The notes under the pieces are model-generated. The model worked only from the letters and a program-made list of their open reading frames with translations, was not told where the DNA came from and did no database searches. Shown here in pieces: positions 9,296 through 18,147 of a DNA stretch of 43,024 nucleotides; position 1 is the stretch's first letter, and every line of letters starts with the position of its first letter. The stretch is from a virus (Duplodnaviria; Caudoviricetes): the IMG/VR virus record IMGVR_UViG_3300049982_000043, positions 1 through 43,024 of that record; one strand, given 5' to 3'. The translations under genes were made by a program, and so were the position numbers.

Positions 9296-10020
9296 TAGCC
9301 CCCCAAAATCACCGGCATGCGGAACCCGGTACTGCCGATGCCTTTAAAACCTAACCCCCCGGCCGTTGCGCTCATACCCCCGGCGGCATTCCCGCCGCCG
9401 CCGCCGAACAGTTTGCCGATGGTGCCATCCGACCCACCTGCCAACGTTGCGCCGCCTGCCGCCTGCAGCATCGAGCCGCCGAGCATCAATTCGGCATTCG
9501 GCCGCCCGGCTGCCTGAATCGCGATCTGATCTGCGCCGGCCTGGCCGCGCGAGAAGCTGCCCAGCCGATCAATATCCGCCGCGGCGTCGGCGACCTTGAT
9601 CGACTCATTGGTGCGCAGACGGCCCGCAGCCGTGGTCTTGCCGAGCAGCCTCGCAAGTGCCTCGGCGGTTTTCATGGTCCGGACGCTCGATGCCGCCTTT
9701 GCCGCGGTATAGTCTTTCGACACATTGCCTTGCGTGGTCGACTGCGAGGCATTGATCTGCTGTGCGCTTTCGACCGGCTTGACGAATTCCTGAGTCAGGT
9801 CCGCCTCGATTTGCGCCTGGTCAGCAGCGCGCTTGTCGGTTGAAAATTCGCCGGCCGTGGTCAGCGCCCGTTTCTCGGCGCTCCGTTGTAGGCCGTCCTG
9901 CCGCGCCAAGGCCTCGCGCGTTTGCTGCTCTTGCCGACGCGCGGCATCGGTATTCGCTTTGTACTGCATGGCGCTGCCCGCAAGCATGGCGATCAGTGCA
10001 GCAATCTCTAAACCAGTCAT
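9295..10020 (-). CDS. Putative internal virion/ejection protein
   Basis: 241 aa, hydrophobic N-terminus, coiled-coil middle, Gly-rich C-terminus. Confidence 0.6.
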   Translation of the reverse strand: MTGLEIAALIAMLAGSAMQYKANTDAARRQEQQTREALARQDGLQRSAEKRALTTAGEFSTDKRAADQAQIEADLTQEFVKPVESAQQINASQSTTQGNVSKDYTAAKAASSVRTMKTAEALARLLGKTTAAGRLRTNESIKVADAAADIDRLGSFSRGQAGADQIAIQAAGRPNAELMLGGSMLQAAGGATLAGGSDGTIGKLFGGGGGNAAGGMSATAGGLGFKGIGSTGFRMPVILGG

Positions 10021-10032
10021 GCGCGTTTCCCC

Positions 10033-10938
10033 TTACCGCTGCGTTGAGCCACCGTACGTCTGTTGCGGCGCTGAGACGCCAAGCCATTGCTGCTGCCCTG
10101 GCTGCGCTCCCGCGCGCTGACCGGCCGCTGCCTGGCGCATCAAATACGCTTGACTCAGGTCATTGAACAGTCCGCCGATCGACGCACCTTGCCGCGTGGC
10201 CTGCGCCGACTGCGCCGTCGCGTCCAGGTTGCGCAGCGCCATACCTTGCGCCGTCCCGGTATCGATTCCCGACTGCGCCATCGATATCAGGCCCTGCCGC
10301 GCACGTTCATCCGACACCTTCAGATCGGACGCCGCCTGGTCCGCAATACCGCCCGCTTTCATCAGCCCTTCGTTGGTCTTTTCCTGCAGCTGGGCATTCG
10401 AGTCGATATCGGTGGACCCGCCCAACAATCCATTGCGCGCCAAACCGAAACGGTTTTGCCGCTCCGCCTCCTTGTACTGCTTGTTCACGTCGAGGGCATT
10501 GATGTCATAGACGGCTTTCTTCTGGTCGTCGTACAGCTTTTGCCGGTCCATCCCCGGCTGCAGCGTCGTCGATCCCGTAAACAGCAGTCCATTGGCGATT
10601 CGACGGTTGATGTCCTGCATGTCGTAGACATATTGGGTCGGAGACGCGTCTTCGCTGTCGCTGCCGGAAAAGTTTGGCAACGCGATCTTTTCAATCTTCA
10701 CCGGGTTACCGTCCACGTCGAAATAGGACTGGTTTGGATCGAACGATTCCGCCGGGTTCATGCCAGTTTTAATTGAGCGCGAATCGAAAATCGAGTTGAT
10801 GACATTCGTGGCCGCCTTGATGCGCGTTTGGCGGTCCTGTTCCTGCTGCTGCGCGGCAGCCGCGCCACCGTCGCCGCCCTTGAAATACAGCCGGCGGCCG
10901 TCTTCGCTGTAGCCGTTGAACTCGTTTGGAATCCGCAT
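10033..10938 (-). CDS. Putative ejection protein (P22 gp7-like N-terminal KGG motif)
   Basis: N-terminal ...RRLYF-KGGDGG resembles the KGG processing motif of podovirus ejection proteins; Ala/Gln-rich. Confidence 0.6.
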   Translation of the reverse strand: MRIPNEFNGYSEDGRRLYFKGGDGGAAAAQQQEQDRQTRIKAATNVINSIFDSRSIKTGMNPAESFDPNQSYFDVDGNPVKIEKIALPNFSGSDSEDASPTQYVYDMQDINRRIANGLLFTGSTTLQPGMDRQKLYDDQKKAVYDINALDVNKQYKEAERQNRFGLARNGLLGGSTDIDSNAQLQEKTNEGLMKAGGIADQAASDLKVSDERARQGLISMAQSGIDTGTAQGMALRNLDATAQSAQATRQGASIGGLFNDLSQAYLMRQAAAGQRAGAQPGQQQWLGVSAPQQTYGGSTQR

Positions 10939-10948
10939 TTACGCCTCC

Positions 10949-11365
10949 CTATACCGCAAGCGATATTTTTTCATAAGTGTTTTGAAAGCCATATTTTTTT
11001 AGCAAGCGGGCAATCGCCGGCCGGCACAACGCTTCGATATGCCGGGCACCTGCCCTTGCCACCCATTCTTTGAAGCCGTCGAAAAAGCGCTGCGCCACCT
11101 GGTCCAGGTGCGTGCCGCCCAGCGCCACGATATTCACCGTCATGATTCGCGGGTAGTGCTTGAACTCAAACGCCATCGCCAGCACCGGCGCGCCGTCGAC
11201 CTCGTATATGCCGACATACATGCAGCGCGCCAGCGCCAGCGCCTTGATATCGTCGAGCGTGATCTCGCCCAGCACCGCGTGCTCGAGCGCCGGCGCCAGC
11301 AGCGGTGCAATCTGCTCCCATCGCGCTTCCAGTTCTCCCGGTTCTGTCAGAAAACGAGGGTTCAT
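10949..11365 (-). CDS. GNAT-like virion assembly protein
   Basis: 138 aa; IVALGG...GARHIEALCRPAIARLLKKYGF pattern; conserved position between nozzle and ejection genes. Confidence 0.6.
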   Translation of the reverse strand: MNPRFLTEPGELEARWEQIAPLLAPALEHAVLGEITLDDIKALALARCMYVGIYEVDGAPVLAMAFEFKHYPRIMTVNIVALGGTHLDQVAQRFFDGFKEWVARAGARHIEALCRPAIARLLKKYGFQNTYEKISLAV

Positions 11366-12756
11366 CAGGTAGGTCCGAGGTCGTTAAAGTAAATCGTCAC
11401 TGCGTCAAGCTGGAATGGCTGGCTCGTCGCATTCCGGAACCGCAAGGAAAACTCGGTACCGCAAATCTCGATCGGGATCATGCCGCCGCCGCGTGTATTG
11501 CCGATGACTCTAACCTCATCCGTGACAGCCGCAGCATCTCTGACATCGAAGCCGATCGAGAAATGGCATTCGCCGTCCATGACCAGATCCGCGCCGTAGA
11601 TCTGTTTCAGGTTGCCGGGCAGCTTGAAATCCATGTAAGGCAGTTCAAGCATCGCCTCATAAGGGGCGCCGTCATCGGTAAATACGTCTTCCGCGAATTT
11701 GTAGACGTTGTCGCCGGATCGCAGATACAACACGCCCTGCAGCTCCGCGACTGCATCGATGGCGAATGGCATGACGTACCGCGACCACGCGGCCACCTTG
11801 GCCGTGCGCGAGACCGAATACACGAACACTTCATCGCCGATGAAGCACATGTATTGCCCGCTGCCATAGTAGTAGACCGAGCGCGGTGGCGCCGGCAGAT
11901 TGCGCACCTTCAGCCGCACCAGCTTGTCGATCGGCGAGCCGATATCCACGTCCGCCAGTTTGGACACCAGCTGCAGGGTAGTGATGGAGCGGAAGCCGAA
12001 ATCGGAAAGGAAGTACAAGTCGCCGGCCACGGTAGCGAGCGATCGCGGGAAGCTGCTGCCGACGTTTTCGACCATATCGTCCAACGCCATCTTGGTCGGG
12101 TCGGGGTCCACCGTCCAGACTTGCGCGCCGTCTCGTGCCAGGGCAACAAGCTTGCTCTGGTAGACGCCCAGCGCATTGGTTGACCGGTCGCCGCGCGCGT
12201 TCAGCCCGGTCGGGAGGAAGCCGGCATCATTGGCTGTCGTCCAGTCCCGCGGCGCACCAGTCTTGCAATACTTCACCGTCGCACCGTCCTGGCTGACGGC
12301 GAAAACCTTGGATGCGAGCTTGAGGACCGCAGCCGTATCAGGGCAATTGATGTCGGCGATGTAGGATTCCGCAGTGCCGTCCAGGTAGTGATGCACAATC
12401 TCCGTGCCATAGTCGACCGCGGCATAAATGAAGCCGTTGAAGACGTCGGCGAAGGGCACGTCGACCACCGGCGCCTCGGCAAGGTTTTTTTTGACCTTGT
12501 TCGCCTTGAACCGCGCATCGGCGTGATTGATCGCGCCCTCGCCGTAAAAGGTGTTGAGCTTACCGAGCGCAGCAACCATTCCCTTTGTGCCCGGCTCGAG
12601 CATGGCGACCTTCACCAGTCCCGGCCGCTTTTGCGTGGCCAGGCCTGTTGTGACGAAGGCGTTTTTCATCTCGCGCAGGCGGTTTGCGTCCGACACGGAT
12701 GCGCCTTTGCGCAGGTCGATCCCAAGGTCGAAGCGATTGAAGGTGATTTTGCCCAT
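11365..12756 (-). CDS. Tail nozzle / DNA stabilisation protein (P22 gp10-like position)
   Basis: Start MGKITFNRF (TGATG overlap); beta-rich; AAWSRY motif; follows adaptor. Confidence 0.7.
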   Translation of the reverse strand: MGKITFNRFDLGIDLRKGASVSDANRLREMKNAFVTTGLATQKRPGLVKVAMLEPGTKGMVAALGKLNTFYGEGAINHADARFKANKVKKNLAEAPVVDVPFADVFNGFIYAAVDYGTEIVHHYLDGTAESYIADINCPDTAAVLKLASKVFAVSQDGATVKYCKTGAPRDWTTANDAGFLPTGLNARGDRSTNALGVYQSKLVALARDGAQVWTVDPDPTKMALDDMVENVGSSFPRSLATVAGDLYFLSDFGFRSITTLQLVSKLADVDIGSPIDKLVRLKVRNLPAPPRSVYYYGSGQYMCFIGDEVFVYSVSRTAKVAAWSRYVMPFAIDAVAELQGVLYLRSGDNVYKFAEDVFTDDGAPYEAMLELPYMDFKLPGNLKQIYGADLVMDGECHFSIGFDVRDAAAVTDEVRVIGNTRGGGMIPIEICGTEFSLRFRNATSQPFQLDAVTIYFNDLGPT

Positions 12757-13463
12757 CAGCGCACCCGGAACTTGTAGCCGTCGGCGGACGAAATCACCGT
12801 CTCGTCTCCCTGGCATTCTTCATTGACGATGTAGCGCTTGTTTTCGTGCTGCTCGCCCATCTCGATATTGAGCATGTTGGTGAACGTGGTGGCGGCCGCC
12901 GTCGCGTCTGGATGCCGGTAATGCGCTTTGCCGTTCGCGATCGCGTACAGCAGGATCAGCCGGTCATTGACGCCGGGACGGTCCGCCGGCTGCGCGAAGC
13001 GCGGCTTCGGCGCGAGGTATTCCACGATCAGCGGATACGCCTGGTCGGGAACCGGCCACACTTCGCATTGACCGTTCAGGGTGTCATACCTGGTCGGATA
13101 GGTGCGGATAGGGTCCGCCCGGTGCGCTTCCGTGATTCCCTGCCGCAGTTGCGCGCGCTCGAGATCGGTCAGTTTGACCCACACCGACTTGACCCGGCCC
13201 GGGTGAATGTCCTCGTCTTCGATGTCGTTATGCCAGTCGTACAGGAACGAACCCGGCTCAAGCATGATGGTCGTTTTCTTGCGGGCCGGATTCGGCTTTA
13301 GCTTTGCGTACAGGTAGTCATGGCCTTCTTGCAGAAACGAGGTCAGGACCGGGTTATTGTTGTTAGACGCCGGGCCCTGCGCGACGAAAGAGAGGCGCGC
13401 TTTCAGCTCGGTCAACAATTCGCCGAGGGTACGGTAGCGCTGTTCCAGTCCGTTCGCGGGCAT
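12756..13463 (-). CDS. Head-tail adaptor protein
   Basis: Start MPANGLEQ (TAATG overlap); TLGELLTELKARL N-terminus and VWPVPD motif typical of podovirus adaptors. Confidence 0.7.
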   Translation of the reverse strand: MPANGLEQRYRTLGELLTELKARLSFVAQGPASNNNNPVLTSFLQEGHDYLYAKLKPNPARKKTTIMLEPGSFLYDWHNDIEDEDIHPGRVKSVWVKLTDLERAQLRQGITEAHRADPIRTYPTRYDTLNGQCEVWPVPDQAYPLIVEYLAPKPRFAQPADRPGVNDRLILLYAIANGKAHYRHPDATAAATTFTNMLNIEMGEQHENKRYIVNEECQGDETVISSADGYKFRVR

Positions 13464-13846
13464 TAAATGGACTCCTTCACTTCCTTCACGACCTCCAGCA
13501 GGTCCTTGCCTTCGCGATTGGCCATGTAAGCGAATGCTGCCCGGATGAGGAACCATCCAGGAATACCCCATGAGAAGAACAGCCCGCCCAAAGAAAGCAG
13601 TCCAAACACGTCCTCAACCAGGAACTGCAATTTGAAATAAACAACCGTGCCAGCCGTTCCGCCCAGCGATGAAACGAATGTGGACACAAGGGCCACGACC
13701 CATTCCTGATCTGTTTTCGGCCTGGTCATGCACATCACTACCAGCGCCGCCAATCCCGCGCCGATCGCGCCCATACCCGCAAGCCCCCCGATCAGTTTCC
13801 ATCCAGCGGCCGCGGTCGCTGCGCCGCTTACGGGTTCTCCGGACAT
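13463..13846 (-). CDS. Putative holin (3 TM)
   Basis: MSGEPVSG..., three hydrophobic segments, charged C-terminal tail. Confidence 0.6.
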   Translation of the reverse strand: MSGEPVSGAATAAAGWKLIGGLAGMGAIGAGLAALVVMCMTRPKTDQEWVVALVSTFVSSLGGTAGTVVYFKLQFLVEDVFGLLSLGGLFFSWGIPGWFLIRAAFAYMANREGKDLLEVVKEVKESI

Positions 13847-13900
13847 AGTGATGCCTTTCATCGTGTTTAAAATGCGTTCCATTTCAAGCCCCCGTGGCTC

Positions 13901-16105
13901 TTAGTCGATTTCGTAACTGCCGCTGATATACAGCGTCGTGTTGTCGGTGAGATCGGCATTCGTTAATTGCTCCCAGAACTCTGTCACGCCGGCGGTATTC
14001 AACTTGTAAAGCGCAACAGAGGTTGCCCCCACAAAAACAATTGCGGACAGCATGGTCTCGCCGGCGTTGTTTGCTAAACCGGTCGCCTGCAGAGAAACGG
14101 GATAATTGCGGGCATTCCTTGATGGATGCGAAAGCCCGTTAATCAGCAGGACCCCGGCTGAAGCGCCCTTCGCCGACAAGGTTATGTCCAACGAAAAGTC
14201 CACGCGGTTGCCGCGCCTTGTTTGTGAGCCGGTCTGGGCTACGTAAGCAATACCGGCACTGGCCCCACCGAACGTGATTGAAGGAACGAAATTCGACTCC
14301 TTCGTGTAGCGCAGCTTGCCGGTGAAGGCCGCGCCGGAATGGTCCAGTTCAATTGCGCATGCTTCGTACACGTCTCCGGTAATGTGCGCGGAGCCATGCG
14401 CGCCGGCCAGCTTGATTGCGGTGTTATTGCCGTTGGCGATATCCTTCGACGTATGGCCGGTGATGTTGATTGATTTGCCTCCCACCAGCTGCATGCCGCC
14501 GCCGTTCACATCGTTATAGCCGCAACGCTGTACCGTGTTTCCCGCAGCGTTGAGCACCATATTGGGTGTGCCAGTCGTGGACAGTCCCCAATTCGCGATG
14601 TTGTGAAAATTGCAGCCGTTGATCTGCACTGTCTCAAGGTTAGGCTCGTCTGCGTAGAGACCATAATTCAGTTGCCCCAGCGTGACGGAATCCAGCGTCA
14701 CGATTGTCACGGTGTTTGCCGTGCCATCGTTTTCAAATCGAATACCTGTGTCTGTTCCGACTAGCTCCCACACCCCGTCCAAGAAAACGTGTGCCAGCTT
14801 CAAATTGAAAACCGGTGCGGATGCTTCGCCTTTGACGCGCACCAGGTTATCCCTGGTCGACGCAATGTAGCCATTGACCAAGTACAGAGTGTCGCCAGCC
14901 GCAACATCGAACCCATGCTGAACGACCTTGTTGGCGGCGCCCCCGAGGCGGAACAAATTGAACTGGTGCGTAAACCCATCGAAGTAGAGGTCCCCGTCGA
15001 CTACCGGATAGCCTTTGATTCGAACAAAAGCACTATTGGGAAGGTAGGCGTCAATTACCGTGCCGGAATATGCAATCAGCTTGTCATAAGCGCCGTTAAG
15101 GGCGCCTTCAAGCGATAGGCATTCGAAATGCTCACCGAGACTTACGTTATCGAGAACGAAATTGACGGTTTTCCGCAGGCGCAATGCCGCGCCGGTCAGG
15201 ATCTTGGTTGCCCTGGAAATCGACAGATCCTTGATGGCGCAACCGAACAGCAGGTTATCCTGCTGGCCTGGATTTGCCGGTGAAAACACGATGCCGTCCC
15301 CGGCGCCGTAATTGTAAAAGTTCGATGCGTTTCGCCCGTCGCCCGCCAGCCTAACATTGGGGTGAGTATTCGTCGCATCGGAATCCAGCCGGTAATTGCC
15401 GCGCGGCGCAAAGATCGTCCCGCCATGTTCGAGGGCATTGAAGGCCTCTTCAAGATTCCCACTCACATCAGCAGATAACGCGCCGGACATAATCGGCGCG
15501 TGGCTGTCCGGGTTGAGGAAGCGGAATAATGACACTGGTACCCCGTTGATGATATCCGACACGGTTTTTAGGTAGGCGGGTGCGACCGGATCATCATACG
15601 GGACCAGCGTTGCCTCAGTCCCTTGGGTTTTGAATATGGCGCCAGTCCGAACGCGGAAGACCTTGGCCACAGTGTTCCAGTAAATCGCCCCTTCCTGGAG
15701 AGCGTTTCCGTCATTATCGGCCACCGGATCCGCGGCCTTGTAGCCTAGGAATCGATCGTCGAACAGATCATAGATCTCTGCTGCAGCCAAGGCACTTGCG
15801 TTCGCGGCATCCGCCTTTGCTTGCGCAACAGCCACCATCGATGTGACTTCACTGACGGCGGTCTGCACTTCCGTAATAATTCCCTGGGTCAGCTCGTCCT
15901 TTAATTCCGGCGAAACAGAATCCGGGGTAACTACGTCCGGCCGGAGCTTGCCGTCGTCCGCTTGAAGGATTGCCAGGTTCGCGCGAATGTCGTTAATCGA
16001 ATTGCCAGCATTATCCAGCTCCGTATTTAACGCCGAATGGTCGGTTTCATTCCCGAAGTTTTCGGCAAAATCCTTGGTGCGTTCATAGGCTGGCGGTTGC
16101 GGCAT
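13901..16105 (-). CDS. Tailspike / receptor-binding protein with predicted beta-helix (depolymerase-like)
   Basis: 734 aa; N-terminal head-binding region, GGTIFAPRGNY entry motif of pectate-lyase-like beta-helices, Asn/Gly-rich repeats. Confidence 0.75.
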   Translation of the reverse strand: MPQPPAYERTKDFAENFGNETDHSALNTELDNAGNSINDIRANLAILQADDGKLRPDVVTPDSVSPELKDELTQGIITEVQTAVSEVTSMVAVAQAKADAANASALAAAEIYDLFDDRFLGYKAADPVADNDGNALQEGAIYWNTVAKVFRVRTGAIFKTQGTEATLVPYDDPVAPAYLKTVSDIINGVPVSLFRFLNPDSHAPIMSGALSADVSGNLEEAFNALEHGGTIFAPRGNYRLDSDATNTHPNVRLAGDGRNASNFYNYGAGDGIVFSPANPGQQDNLLFGCAIKDLSISRATKILTGAALRLRKTVNFVLDNVSLGEHFECLSLEGALNGAYDKLIAYSGTVIDAYLPNSAFVRIKGYPVVDGDLYFDGFTHQFNLFRLGGAANKVVQHGFDVAAGDTLYLVNGYIASTRDNLVRVKGEASAPVFNLKLAHVFLDGVWELVGTDTGIRFENDGTANTVTIVTLDSVTLGQLNYGLYADEPNLETVQINGCNFHNIANWGLSTTGTPNMVLNAAGNTVQRCGYNDVNGGGMQLVGGKSINITGHTSKDIANGNNTAIKLAGAHGSAHITGDVYEACAIELDHSGAAFTGKLRYTKESNFVPSITFGGASAGIAYVAQTGSQTRRGNRVDFSLDITLSAKGASAGVLLINGLSHPSRNARNYPVSLQATGLANNAGETMLSAIVFVGATSVALYKLNTAGVTEFWEQLTNADLTDNTTLYISGSYEID

Positions 16106-16133
16106 TCACTTGCTCCTGGCGTTGCTGCTGGTA

Positions 16134-16604
16134 TTACTTCCCGGTCGGGTCGGTCGGGTCGGTCGGATCGGCCGGATCCTTGTCGACGTCAACGGGCTTG
16201 GTCTTCGATGCGCCCTTGGTGCCTTTCGGATCGGCCGGATCCTTGGCGACGGCTTCAGCCTTGGGTTTCGGGAACTTGACTTCCTTTTCCGCTGCGTCAG
16301 CCATTGCGCGATCGAGTCCCTTGCCGGCTTTCTTGCCAAATACCGTTTCGACGATCAGCTCGCCTTTTTCATCGCTGCCGTACTTGGACGCCAGGCGCTC
16401 GAACTCGTCGACAAACTCGCGCTCGCCGACCACGTTGGCGACATCCAAGCCAGTTGCTTCGATCGTTTCGCCGCGCAGGTTCTGCACGTTTTCTTCGCCG
16501 AAGACGCTTTGCAGGATGGAGACTTCATGTTCCGGCACGGTGACCGGCGTGATGGTGTGCGCATCGCGGCGCACTTGAATTCCGTAGAGTTTCAAAATAG
16601 GCAT
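16134..16604 (-). CDS. Hypothetical virion-associated protein with DPT/DPA repeat tail
   Basis: Start MPILKLYG after GAGG SD; immediately after capsid; C-terminal KDPADPTDPTDPTGK. Confidence 0.65.
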   Translation of the reverse strand: MPILKLYGIQVRRDAHTITPVTVPEHEVSILQSVFGEENVQNLRGETIEATGLDVANVVGEREFVDEFERLASKYGSDEKGELIVETVFGKKAGKGLDRAMADAAEKEVKFPKPKAEAVAKDPADPKGTKGASKTKPVDVDKDPADPTDPTDPTGK

Positions 16605-16647
16605 GTTGGTTACCTCGTATGTCGTTATCAAACTGCGGTGGGCCTGC

Positions 16648-16680
16648 AAAAAAACCCTGCCGACCTGGTAGCCGGCAGGG
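16648..16680 (-). terminator. Rho-independent terminator after major capsid gene
   Basis: CCCTGCCG-loop-CGGCAGGG followed by T7 on the minus strand. Confidence 0.85.
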
Positions 16681-16697
16681 AAGGATCGCTTAATTAC

Positions 16698-17738
16698 TCA
16701 GGCGATCGCGAGGACGGAGTGCGCGTTGGAGCGCTTCAGGACGATTGCCAGACGCAGGTTGATCATCTGGTAGAGCGCCAGCACGTTGTGCGGCCGGGTG
16801 GGCGATACGATGTCCATGTCGTCGTCGCGGAAGTCCATCCACTTCATGTTCAGGAAATAGCAGCGCTTTTCCCAAGGCACGGGCGGTGCATCCAATGCAT
16901 CGAGGGTTTCGAAGTTCGGATCCCAGACGATCGGTACACCCTTGAAATACAGGCCGGTTTCAGCGCCTTGTCCCACGCCACCGTCGATCCTTTTGACGGA
17001 ACCGGCGTCCGCGTTCTGAGTGATGGTGAGTGCCTTGCGGTACGCATCGCAGAATGCCGAGCCAGCCAGGATGAAGTCCGGCGAACCGCCATTGCGGATG
17101 CAACGGCGCCATTGCGCTTCCATCGCGTCGAGAAGCGCCTGGCCGCCGGCAATAGCTGTTTGAAAGCCATTGCGCCAGTAGAGCGCGGTTGCGCGATTGA
17201 TGCCGCCCACGGTACCGACTAGCGGGTTAATGGCGATCAGGCCATCCAGGCCGGTAACCGCATCAGCACTGGCAGTGCCGTCGCGGTGGATCTCGATGTC
17301 GAGCTTTTCTTCGAAGCCGAGTTTGAAGGCCTCGAGCTGCTCGTCCATCAGGTTGACCAGCTGGACTTTTTCGTTCTGCTCCAGCTTGAACTGGCCGCTC
17401 TTGCCTTCACGGACTTTGATACCGTTGCCGAACAGCGTGTCGTAGTCGATGTAGAAACCGTCGACCGCACGCCGCCATGGAAAGGCAGCCGGTTCAGTGG
17501 TCTTGCGCTTGTTGAAGCCGACTGCCGCCTCACCGTATGCCCACGCGAAGTTCGAGTCGTAGGACTTGCGGACGTTGACGACGATGTTCTGCTTCGCGCC
17601 GAGGAATAGCTTGCGCTTTGCCATCAGCTTTTTCAGCAGGGGATGCTCCACGCCGATTTGATCAACCGGCAGGTTGCGCATGTACTCGTCAAGGGATACC
17701 TTGCCGAGCTCTTGCAGGTCTGGTGCCGAGATAGGCAT
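16698..17738 (-). CDS. Major capsid protein
   Basis: 346 aa after scaffold, AGGAG SD, followed by terminator; composition and position typical of an HK97-fold MCP. Confidence 0.85.
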   Translation of the reverse strand: MPISAPDLQELGKVSLDEYMRNLPVDQIGVEHPLLKKLMAKRKLFLGAKQNIVVNVRKSYDSNFAWAYGEAAVGFNKRKTTEPAAFPWRRAVDGFYIDYDTLFGNGIKVREGKSGQFKLEQNEKVQLVNLMDEQLEAFKLGFEEKLDIEIHRDGTASADAVTGLDGLIAINPLVGTVGGINRATALYWRNGFQTAIAGGQALLDAMEAQWRRCIRNGGSPDFILAGSAFCDAYRKALTITQNADAGSVKRIDGGVGQGAETGLYFKGVPIVWDPNFETLDALDAPPVPWEKRCYFLNMKWMDFRDDDMDIVSPTRPHNVLALYQMINLRLAIVLKRSNAHSVLAIA

Positions 17739-18008
17739 TTGTCGCTCCTAAATATGAGATGGGATGAACCAACTCACATCGCGTCAGGAAGCAAGGCTGA
17801 CTGTTTCGGATTCGTTGATGTGCCATGCGCGACGCCAGGCTTACGCGGCTTGCATCTGAATCCGTTGCTCTACCGGGACGCGACCCCCGGCTGGTACAGC
17901 GACAAATTTTCGATGTGGTATTTCAGACTGTTTGCTTCGATGATGCCGGGGCGCGACTCCCGGCTGTTCGGCTAATCACCAACGCATTCAGGCTGAAATG
18001 TGTTGCTG
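17739..18008 (-). ncRNA. Candidate structured cis-regulatory RNA leader of the capsid gene
   Basis: No credible ORF; three AGCC...GTCGCG hairpins; long-range complementary segments, including a 10-bp match to the start-codon region. Confidence 0.55.
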
Positions 18009-18014
18009 ACCGAA

Positions 18015-18041
18015 ATGATAGGCGCTCTTAATTGTTGTCAA
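18015..18041 (-). promoter_or_regulatory. Candidate promoter for capsid leader (TTGACA-15-TATCAT)
   Basis: Consensus -35 and near-consensus -10 just downstream of a terminator; the 15-bp spacer is short. Confidence 0.4.
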
Positions 18042-18067
18042 GCACTTTTGTCTCGGTTTTGTTGCGT

Positions 18068-18099
18068 AAAAAAGCCCGGGTTCCTTTCGGTTCCCGGGC
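18068..18099 (-). terminator. Rho-independent terminator after scaffold gene
   Basis: GCCCGGG...CCCGGGC-TTTTTT. Confidence 0.85.
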
Positions 18100-18135
18100 A
18101 ACTTCTTCTTCACCAGGAAGAAGGAGGAGACACTG
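18068..18135 (-). ncRNA. Candidate anti-SD sRNA (Betaproteobacteria toxic-sRNA-like) including scaffold terminator
   Basis: TGTCTCCTCC + CTTCTTC/GAAGAAG hairpin + GCCCGGG/CCCGGGC terminator + T6. Confidence 0.55.
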
Positions 18136-18147
18136 TTCGATGCGTGA

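Noticed and set aside
13901-16105. Diversity-generating retroelement acting on the tail gene
   Set aside because: No reverse transcriptase and no TR/VR repeat pair seen in the element
16106-16339. Alternative-frame ORF or programmed frameshift into the tailspike
   Set aside because: No slippery site evident, the ORF stops before the tailspike ATG, and the tailspike has its own AGGAG SD
17820-17970. CRISPR mini-array or tRNA genes in the capsid leader
   Set aside because: Repeats are short, degenerate and irregularly spaced, with no cas genes; no cloverleaf or TTCGA loop; better explained as RNA hairpins
17739-18008. Known c-di-GMP-I (GEMM) riboswitch
   Set aside because: The GGCAAA...GAAA tetraloop/receptor consensus is not recognisable by eye; a covariance search would be needed to exclude it fully
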